DNA of 64,000 bases from contig CAVPNL010000001.1 in assembly GCA_963706575.1 (NCBI GenBank), positions 64,001-128,000 on the forward strand, written 5' to 3'. Positions 57,441-64,000 of the stretch are shown here, piece by piece; position 1 is the stretch's first letter, and each line of letters starts with the position of its first letter. The notes under the pieces are model-generated. The model was not told the origin of the DNA, did no database searches, and worked only from the letters and a program-made list of their open reading frames with translations. The DNA comes from an uncultured delta proteobacterium (GTDB lineage Bacteria > Desulfobacterota > Desulfobacteria > Desulfobacterales > JAHEIW01). A program made the translations under genes and the position numbers.

Positions 57441-57645
57441 TAGAAGTGGTTTCAAAACCCCATCTAAGGCCCAATGGCTGCGTTGCCCCGCTTGCGGGAT
57501 TCGCATCTGATTTTTATAGCATTAGGGTGCAGCACAGGCCTCCGATAAATGCTCACATACCCATATGTATGCTGAGAACAACGACTTTCTCGATCGGCCT
57601 GCGCCTTGCCCTTGAACCTGATCTGAGACTTTGAAACCACTTCTA
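57441..57645. mobile_element. MITE-like element, 205 bp
   Basis: Perfect 16-bp TIR TAGAAGTGGTTTCAAA/TTTGAAACCACTTCTA; internal CATAC...GTATG hairpin as in the other MITEs. Confidence 0.75.
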
Positions 57646-57652
57646 TCTTAAG

Positions 57653-57757
57653 CTATTTTTTTTGTTCGCTTTTTGTCTTTTTCTTGCGCGGTCTTTTGAC
57701 TCCATAGGACTTGCGAAATAACTTTCCCTTTTTTGTGCGTCTATCGCCTTTACCCAT
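57653..57757 (-). CDS. 30S ribosomal protein bTHX (bS31/PSRP4 family), not in ORF track
   Basis: [41 protein letters not shown] SD upstream. Confidence 0.88.
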   Translation of the reverse strand: [34 protein letters not shown]

Positions 57758-57908
57758 CTAACTGTTTCCCTCCCTTAAGATAGTATTTCAGACACGTTTC
57801 TTATGAGGCCTTATTATCTATGCCTTTCATAACCCATTATCCCTGCTTTTTCAAGCAACAGAATTTGTTCTCAACTTGCAGCAATCCAAATTTATTTAAA
57901 GGCCCCAG

Positions 57909-58700
57909 TTAAAGTTTTGCGACCGGGTTCAAAAAACTGCATGGCATCAATGCGGCGCATTTGCCGCAGACATCGGTGGTCTCGGGCAGGTCCGAGAAAT
58001 AATCCAAGATGTCCCGATTTTCGTTCAGCCGAGCCCAGCACGTCTGCCGATCAAACCCATTCTCACCCAATGCGTCCACCGGACAGGCTTCAATGCATTT
58101 TCCGCACTTCTTCCCGGCTTTTAACAGACAGACCACATCCGTATCAATCACCGGATATTCGCCCAAATCGGCCTCTGTCACCAAACTTCCCAGACGACCG
58201 GCACAGCCCACCGGTGTAATAAGCAGGCAATGGGTGCCGAAGCGCCCCAGGTTTGCCAGATGGGCCAAATGCTTGTGTGACCAGCGGGCCATTAATATGT
58301 CTTCATCGAAATTGTGAGTGGCCGGTGTTAACCCGGATTTAATGCCCTCACCAGCAAGTAATTTTTCCATCCCCTGGCTTAAACGGTCGATTAAATCGTT
58401 GGTTTGAACATAGGCCAGGCCCCAGTTGCGACAGGGCCGGTCGCCTTTTTGATTTTCTTTTACCAGCTCGCGTTTAAACGGAACAAAGAAGACAATCAAT
58501 GATTTGGCGGACGGCAACAAATCATGGGGATGCAAGTGCTCATTAAATGCCACCTGTGGCAAAATATCGAAGCGCTCATCTATGGGGGCGCTGACCAACA
58601 ACGGTTTCTGCCAGAAGCCTTCAGTGCCGATACGATCCGGTTCTGCAGCCACGTAGTCCTCTGCAAAGGACCGTAATTTTTCTATGGGGATATCACGCAT
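57909..58700 (-). CDS. Epoxyqueuosine-reductase-like (QueG-like) Fe-S protein
   Basis: WSHKHLAHLANLGRFG, GRLGSLVT, C..K...KCGKCIEACP, CW...DVCGKC. Confidence 0.7.
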   Translation of the reverse strand: MRDIPIEKLRSFAEDYVAAEPDRIGTEGFWQKPLLVSAPIDERFDILPQVAFNEHLHPHDLLPSAKSLIVFFVPFKRELVKENQKGDRPCRNWGLAYVQTNDLIDRLSQGMEKLLAGEGIKSGLTPATHNFDEDILMARWSHKHLAHLANLGRFGTHCLLITPVGCAGRLGSLVTEADLGEYPVIDTDVVCLLKAGKKCGKCIEACPVDALGENGFDRQTCWARLNENRDILDYFSDLPETTDVCGKCAALMPCSFLNPVAKL

Positions 58701-58740
58701 ACATTTCACCCGCCTCTCTAAATTGCGCCTGTACCCTTAT

Positions 58741-58783
58741 AGTGCCTAAAGTGAACTAAAGTTCGAAGTGACTAAAGTTAAGG
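58741..58783. repeat. Short 9-10-mer array (GTGNNCTAAA)
   Basis: Same unit family as 42862 and 60534. Confidence 0.6.
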
Positions 58784-58797
58784 TATTGAAACCCGTT

Positions 58798-59556
58798 TTA
58801 GAACCGAATGGACAGACACGTCAAGCCCCCATCCATCTTTTGCATTTCACTTACATCCAGTTCGATAATCGGCAGCCCCAGGCGCTTAAGTTTTGTTTTT
58901 GTACCCGGGAACCCCTTGGGCATTAAGAGGTGATCGTTTATCCAGAGGGTGTTGGCAGAATATTCCTCCTCTTTGTTCACAATGATTTTGTCGTATCCGT
59001 TAAGTGCCTCGTGGCTTGTAAAATCTTGCGCAACGAGCATGCTGTTTTTACCAACATAATTCACGCTGGATTTGAAGTGTAATCCGGCGCCGACCTGAAT
59101 AGTTGTAAAGGTCTTTTGATGTTTTTGCAGTATTCCGCCCAATTGTTTGGCGCCTTCCAGGTTGGTGCGCTCTGAGATCCCGATAAAAAAGTGATTGCCG
59201 ATCATCAGAACATCTCCACCATCCAGCGTGCCGGGAGTTTGAATGTGTTCAACCTCGCGATATTGCCGCAGAACTTCAGCAATCGATTCTTCTTCGCCCC
59301 GTCTTGAAGCAGCACCGGGTCGGGTAATGACAGCGACCTCCGGCATTACCACTGCGGTATCCTCCACAAAATGGGCGTCCGGATAATTCGGCTGTGGGTC
59401 GAGTTCGATCACATCGATCCCAATTGTTTTCAGGGCATCCACATAGGACGCGTACTGCTTTAAAATCAGTTCATAATTCGGCGGGCCGAGGTTGGCCGTC
59501 GTGAGCCCCTCGATAAAATTTTTACCGGGTTTTCTGGTTAAGGCATAGGTAAACAT
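58798..59556 (-). CDS. N(G),N(G)-dimethylarginine dimethylaminohydrolase (amidinotransferase family)
   Basis: PDAHFVEDTAV, SRRGEE, DGGDVL, LHFKS, DGGLTCLS (catalytic Cys). Confidence 0.9.
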   Translation of the reverse strand: MFTYALTRKPGKNFIEGLTTANLGPPNYELILKQYASYVDALKTIGIDVIELDPQPNYPDAHFVEDTAVVMPEVAVITRPGAASRRGEEESIAEVLRQYREVEHIQTPGTLDGGDVLMIGNHFFIGISERTNLEGAKQLGGILQKHQKTFTTIQVGAGLHFKSSVNYVGKNSMLVAQDFTSHEALNGYDKIIVNKEEEYSANTLWINDHLLMPKGFPGTKTKLKRLGLPIIELDVSEMQKMDGGLTCLSIRF

Positions 59557-59572
59557 CTTGCTTAATCCGATT

Positions 59573-59923
59573 TTACTTCCTTTTCTGCCAGAAACGCACC
59601 ACCTGCATGACTTCTCTGACATAGGCACATTCACATTTTGACGGACAGGGATCGAGTTGATCTTCATGCAGGCAATATTCCTGGCATTCTTTTGTGCCCG
59701 TAAGTCGGTCCGCAAAAACCGGTCCATTGTAAAGGTCTTTGAAATTTCCGGCTGGAATGCCGAGCGTTGTGCCACATTCTAAATGATTGAATAAAAAGAA
59801 CCCCAGATCCAGCTGCTCGAAATTGACCTGGTAACCAATCATGTCGGTAGTGGGATCCTCCAGAAAATCTTTACGCGATTGCCATCGGTGGCCGCACATT
59901 GTGCATATTTTAAATTCATTCAT
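59573..59923 (-). CDS. Cys-rich hypothetical protein, probably metal-binding
   Basis: CTMC, HLEC, CQEYC, CPSKCEC; 4-nt overlap with the upstream gene. Confidence 0.7.
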   Translation of the reverse strand: MNEFKICTMCGHRWQSRKDFLEDPTTDMIGYQVNFEQLDLGFFLFNHLECGTTLGIPAGNFKDLYNGPVFADRLTGTKECQEYCLHEDQLDPCPSKCECAYVREVMQVVRFWQKRK

Positions 59924-60479
59924 TGTTTACCAGTCTTTGAAATAAATTCTTTATGACTTACCACCTTGGCATATGCGGAACCCAAAGCTGCCATGAAAGA
60001 CGCGTGGACATCCTGGGCCAATATCTTTTTCCTTCCAAAATCGAGATTTCGCGTTGCGCAGGCATCGTGTATTACCGTGCACCCGAAACCGAAATCGGCG
60101 GCTGCCCGGGTTGTTGCGTCGATGCACATATGACTCATGGCCCCACAGATCACAATGTTTTCAACCCCGGCGTTTTTAAGCGCATCCAAAAGCGGTGTTT
60201 CACGAAAACTGTTCGGATAATGTTTCTGTATCACCAACTCATTCGGGTGGGGCTCTAACCGCAGAGTGGATTTCTGACCCTTTTGTGTCCGGTAGAAAAA
60301 AAGTTGCGCCTTGATAATTTGAAATGTGTTGGATGTGAAACGTTGGCCACCGGTTTTCGCGGAAAAGAGCCAGCAATTGACCTGCCTTTTCGCCGGCTGC
60401 GTCCATTTCGATCCAATTCCATGCGGCCGCCCGCAAAATAATCATTCTGAATATCAACTAGTATTAAAGCAGTTTTCAT
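59920..60479 (-). pseudogene. Isochorismatase/cysteine hydrolase family protein with two +1 frameshifts (about 60413 and 60253)
   Basis: ALILVDIQNDYF / HIQH...GSEIH / KHYPNSF...GAMSHMCIDATTRAA lie in three frames. Confidence 0.85.
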
Positions 60480-60533
60480 TTTATTCCTCTCTAAATCGTT
60501 TTTCTGTACTTTAAATTTTATCCAAGTATACAA

Positions 60534-60651
60534 AAGTGCCTAAAATGAACTAAAATGAGCTAAAATGCCTAAAGTTATGGTGTCGCTACGCTTCATCGTT
60601 TTTAAATAAAAATGACGGAATTCCTAAACTTTAGTCGCTTTAGATCACTTT
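60534..60651. repeat. Inverted 9-10-mer array (GCCTAAAAT family)
   Basis: Four left units, degenerate CTTTAG right arm. Confidence 0.7.
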
Positions 60652-60668
60652 CTTTTGTAACCAGCTTA

Positions 60669-61334
60669 CTAACCTTTTTCCATTGAGCTTATGAATGCAT
60701 CCGCCTCTTTGATGGATGCCTCCATTTCCTTGATCAGGCGGGCGACATCGGTTTCAATGGAGGCCAGCTCGCTTTGCAATGAGGCAATGGCCTGGGCGTT
60801 TAAATTATGCTTGAGGTATAACACCTGATCCTGGAAAGCGGACAGAACCGGGTCGATTTTTCTTTCGGCGCGCTTCATGGCACCGATTAATTGGGCGTAC
60901 TTATTCTTCGTTTCTCTAAGTTTACGGGCGCTCGATTTCCTTAAGCTGCTGCTGCTGTACTGATTTAACTCCTCCTGCCATTCGGCAAAGAGGTCCTCGG
61001 CCACATCTTCAACAGCTGCAATCCGGCTGCGGACGGCATCGGCTTTGATGGCGCTTTCTTCATATTCATTTTTTAACTGGTCATATTTTTCTTCCAGGTC
61101 GCCGCCCCGGAAGCCCAGCACACTGCTGAATTTTTCAAGCGCCGATTCAAATTGCTCTTTGGCTTCTTGCTGGGCATCGCGAGCATCCTGTACGCGATCC
61201 ACCATGATATCGCGCTTGTGGTAACCCATGCTCTCCATGGTTTTGTAATAAGTGGATTCGCAACCGAACATCAGGCAGACGGCTGCAATTGCGATAACCC
61301 AATACGATCTGTTGTTAAAAATGGATCTCTTCAT
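60669..61334 (-). CDS. DUF2959-family coiled-coil lipoprotein
   Basis: Lipobox-like LMFGC, YY..ME..GYHKRDIMVDRV, LKHNLNAQAI. Confidence 0.85.
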   Translation of the reverse strand: MKRSIFNNRSYWVIAIAAVCLMFGCESTYYKTMESMGYHKRDIMVDRVQDARDAQQEAKEQFESALEKFSSVLGFRGGDLEEKYDQLKNEYEESAIKADAVRSRIAAVEDVAEDLFAEWQEELNQYSSSSLRKSSARKLRETKNKYAQLIGAMKRAERKIDPVLSAFQDQVLYLKHNLNAQAIASLQSELASIETDVARLIKEMEASIKEADAFISSMEKG

Positions 61335-61355
61335 TGTGATTCTCCATTTCATGCT

Positions 61356-62045
61356 TTAGGACAGGGCCTCTTTTAAGGCGGCGCGGGAAAGCAAACGCGT
61401 TGAGTCCAACACGGGCAGGGGGCAATCGTCCGGATCAACCAGCAATGGAATTTCCGTGCACCCCAAAACCGCCGCATCACACCCGCGGCTTTTTAATTTT
61501 TCAATAACATCATTGAAATAGCGACGTGATTTCTCGGTGAAAACCCCGTTTACAAGCTCTTTAAAGATGATTTCATCGATGCGCTCACGATCATCTTCTT
61601 CCGGTATCTGACTGTCAATGTCAAATTTTTTTAATGTAGCGGGATATACCGGGCCCGTCACGAGGTATTTCGTGCCTAAAATCGCCAGTTGTTTAAAGCC
61701 GTCTTCTATGGCTTTATTGGCGACAGCCTCTGCAATGTGGAGCCAGGGAATAGGTGACTTCTGTTTTACAAAATCAAAAGCCTCATGGATGGTATTGTCC
61801 GGGCAAATCGCAAATTCGGCTCCGATCTTGTAAACCTTTTGAGCTGACGAAAGCATGAGCGCCGCTACTTTTTCCCAATCTCCCGCACGAATGGGGACCA
61901 TGTATTCAGCTAACGGGTGCGTGTGCATGCTGACCTCCGGATGCATATGCTCACCCATTAAGGGCGGTGCTTCGCCGCATATGGTACGATAGCACAGCGC
62001 AGCTCCCTCGGCGCTGCAGCCCACAATTCCAATGTGCTTTGGCAT
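61356..62045 (-). CDS. Aspartate/glutamate racemase family protein
   Basis: IGIVG, CPDNTIH, LGTKY, LGCTEIPLL. Confidence 0.88.
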   Translation of the reverse strand: MPKHIGIVGCSAEGAALCYRTICGEAPPLMGEHMHPEVSMHTHPLAEYMVPIRAGDWEKVAALMLSSAQKVYKIGAEFAICPDNTIHEAFDFVKQKSPIPWLHIAEAVANKAIEDGFKQLAILGTKYLVTGPVYPATLKKFDIDSQIPEEDDRERIDEIIFKELVNGVFTEKSRRYFNDVIEKLKSRGCDAAVLGCTEIPLLVDPDDCPLPVLDSTRLLSRAALKEALS

Positions 62046-62078
62046 GTTTGATGTCCTTTCTTTAATTTTCAACGGTAA

Positions 62079-62489
62079 TTATACGGTAAATAAAACGATC
62101 GCGATAAATGCGAATACCATTCCGGCGCCTTCTTTCAAGGTGATGGGCTCTTTCAAAATGAAATAGGCCAAAGCGATGGTGATCACCGGATTCAGGGCGA
62201 CAAGTGTGGCGATAACGGAAACCTTGCCTTTGGGCATGGCAAAAAGGTAAAACAGGGCCCCCAGCATACCCAGCAGCCCGGTAACAAAAGCCAGAGATAC
62301 GCCTTTGGGATGAATTTCAGGTTTAAAGCTCATGGAAAATAAGATGATGAGCGCAAAAATGGCGCTGCCCAAGCCTTCAAAAAGCGAAGCGCTCAGCGGA
62401 TTAATGTATCGGGTGGTAATTTTGGGGATAAAGCCCCAGATACCCCAACAGATCATTGTCATGCTTGCCGGTAACAGCCATTCTTTCAT
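62079..62489 (-). CDS. EamA/DMT-family small membrane transporter
   Basis: Five TM segments, WGIWGFIPK, GKVSV...NP...LKEPI. Confidence 0.85.
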   Translation of the reverse strand: MKEWLLPASMTMICWGIWGFIPKITTRYINPLSASLFEGLGSAIFALIILFSMSFKPEIHPKGVSLAFVTGLLGMLGALFYLFAMPKGKVSVIATLVALNPVITIALAYFILKEPITLKEGAGMVFAFIAIVLFTV

Positions 62490-62773
62490 TTTTCGATTTT
62501 CCGTTTACCTGAGCGGCTTTTTTTATTTTATGGCCTTGCGAGCATACGCCATAAAATATAATTTCAGATTTTTATTAATTTTAATACAAGCTTAAGGTAT
62601 TAAGATAATTGGGCTAGTTTTAGCAAGCTTTTTTAGAAAAATTAGCCTAAACAGGACGATGAATGCCTGCAGCGCTCAAATTGGGTGTGTTTGATAGGCT
62701 GGACAATTAAAATTCCTTGACAGGGGGGCACCTATTAAACTTAGAATGAACCTTCTAATAAAAGTGAGAAAGC

Positions 62774-64000
62774 ATGACTGAATTTAAATATTCCAATATC
62801 AAAAAGGAAATACAAACTTACGGATTTGACGGGGTTGTCAAAAGCCATTGCCGAATGTGTCACGGCGGCTGCGGAGTTCTAGTCTATACCAAAAACGGCA
62901 AAGTTGCCAAGATTGCCGGTGATCCGGATTGCCCCATTAATCACGGCACGCTTTGCAGCAAGGGGCTTGCATCGGCCCAGCTGGTATATCATCCGGATCG
63001 ATTGACCTATCCTGTTCGAAGAGTCGGACCCAAGGCAAGCGGCCAATGGGAGCGAATTTCATGGGATGAGGCCCTGAATCACATCGCTGAAAAGATTCTT
63101 GTCTATAAGGACCAATTCGGGGCTGAATCTGTTGTAATGGGTTACGGGACCGGCAGGGAGAACGAGGCGGTCATTTATCGTTTTGCCAATCTGCTGGGGA
63201 GCCCCAACGTTCTGACCGCAGGTCACTTTTGCTATGGCCCGCGAATTGCCACCAGCATTATCACCTGCGGAACCAACCCCATTGCCGATTATGAAAACCA
63301 CCCCCGCTGCATCATGGTCTGGGGCAACAATCTGGTGATCAGCAACCCGGATTGTTACAAGGGCGAACCGTTTTCGGTCAGTCTGAATAAAGGCGCCAAA
63401 CTCATTGCGGTTGACCCGCGGTTGACCCGCATCGCGGCTCGCGCGGATGTATGGCTGCAACTCAGGCCCGGAACGGATGCCGCCCTTGCCCTGGGGATTT
63501 TGAATGTGATTGTGAATGAGGAGCTCTACGACCGGGAATTTGTGGAAAATTTCGTGTACGGTTGGGAGCCGTTCGTAAAGCGGGTCAACGAATACCCTTT
63601 GGAGAAGGTTGAAGAAATCACCTGGGTTTCCAAAGAAAAAATTCAGCAGGCCGCGCGGCTGTTCGCAACCACCAAACCGGCGGTTGTTCAGTGGGGGGTG
63701 GCCATTGAACAGCAGATCAATTGTGCCGATAACGACCGCTTGCTGATGGCACTCATGGGGATTACCGGAAACATCGATGTGCCCGGCGGGCAAGTCCTGT
63801 TTCAGACGCCTAGAATCCGGAATGTGGGCTATTTCGGCGCCCACCGGATGCTGCCCGATACGCAGCGTGAAAAACGTTTAGGCGGTGACCGGTTTCGCCT
63901 GGCCGGAAATTTTGCCATCATCAATCCAAAGTGTGTCTGGGACGCTATTCTCGATGAAAAGCCCTATCCGGTGAAAATGCTTTTTTTTATCAGCTCAAAT
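62774..64000 (+). CDS. Molybdopterin (bis-PGD) oxidoreductase, acetylene-hydratase-like clade (partial; runs off window, not in ORF track)
   Basis: Open frame from ATG 62774: CRMCHGGC...LCSKG, HPDRLTYP, WERISWDEAL, LGSPN..TAGHFCYG, VDPR, LRPGTDAALALG; no Tat signal. Confidence 0.88.
   Translation, partial: MTEFKYSNIKKEIQTYGFDGVVKSHCRMCHGGCGVLVYTKNGKVAKIAGDPDCPINHGTLCSKGLASAQLVYHPDRLTYPVRRVGPKASGQWERISWDEALNHIAEKILVYKDQFGAESVVMGYGTGRENEAVIYRFANLLGSPNVLTAGHFCYGPRIATSIITCGTNPIADYENHPRCIMVWGNNLVISNPDCYKGEPFSVSLNKGAKLIAVDPRLTRIAARADVWLQLRPGTDAALALGILNVIVNEELYDREFVENFVYGWEPFVKRVNEYPLEKVEEITWVSKEKIQQAARLFATTKPAVVQWGVAIEQQINCADNDRLLMALMGITGNIDVPGGQVLFQTPRIRNVGYFGAHRMLPDTQREKRLGGDRFRLAGNFAIINPKCVWDAILDEKPYPVKMLFFISSN

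Noticed and set aside
63059..63844. 261-aa minus-strand ORF
   Set aside because: Antisense shadow of the plus-strand molybdopterin oxidoreductase.

Overview
Window from a Desulfobacterales-like (Desulfobacterota) bacterium, judged from gene content and protein style. Bases 1-29.1 kb hold the core transcription/translation supercluster (nusG end, rplKAJL, rpoBC, rpsLG-tuf, S10/spc/alpha operons). fusA is missing from the str operon and adk/map are missing after secY. Bases 29.3-64 kb are accessory anaerobic catabolism: a non-pyrrolysine MttB-family methyltransferase with MoaD/ThiS and an HcnCAB/OoxAB-like amine oxidase, a TRAP transporter, non-decarboxylating glutaryl-CoA dehydrogenase with ETF, two histidine kinases, an AOR plus TetR divergent from 4-hydroxybenzoyl-CoA-reductase-like genes, DDAH, a racemase and an acetylene-hydratase-clade Mo/W enzyme. 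Most notable: (1) a ~100-aa parvulin/PpiC-like domain inserted in frame in RNA polymerase beta-prime; (2) a bTHX (bS31) ribosomal protein gene missed by the ORF track; (3) a family of inverted 7-9-mer tandem-repeat hairpins in front of many ribosomal protein genes; (4) a MITE family; (5) a four-Cys insert in a histidine kinase ATPase domain; (6) an IS1634 scar that truncates an MFS gene; (7) five +1 frameshifts, all beyond 46 kb. All protein assignments come from motif recognition by eye; no searches were run.
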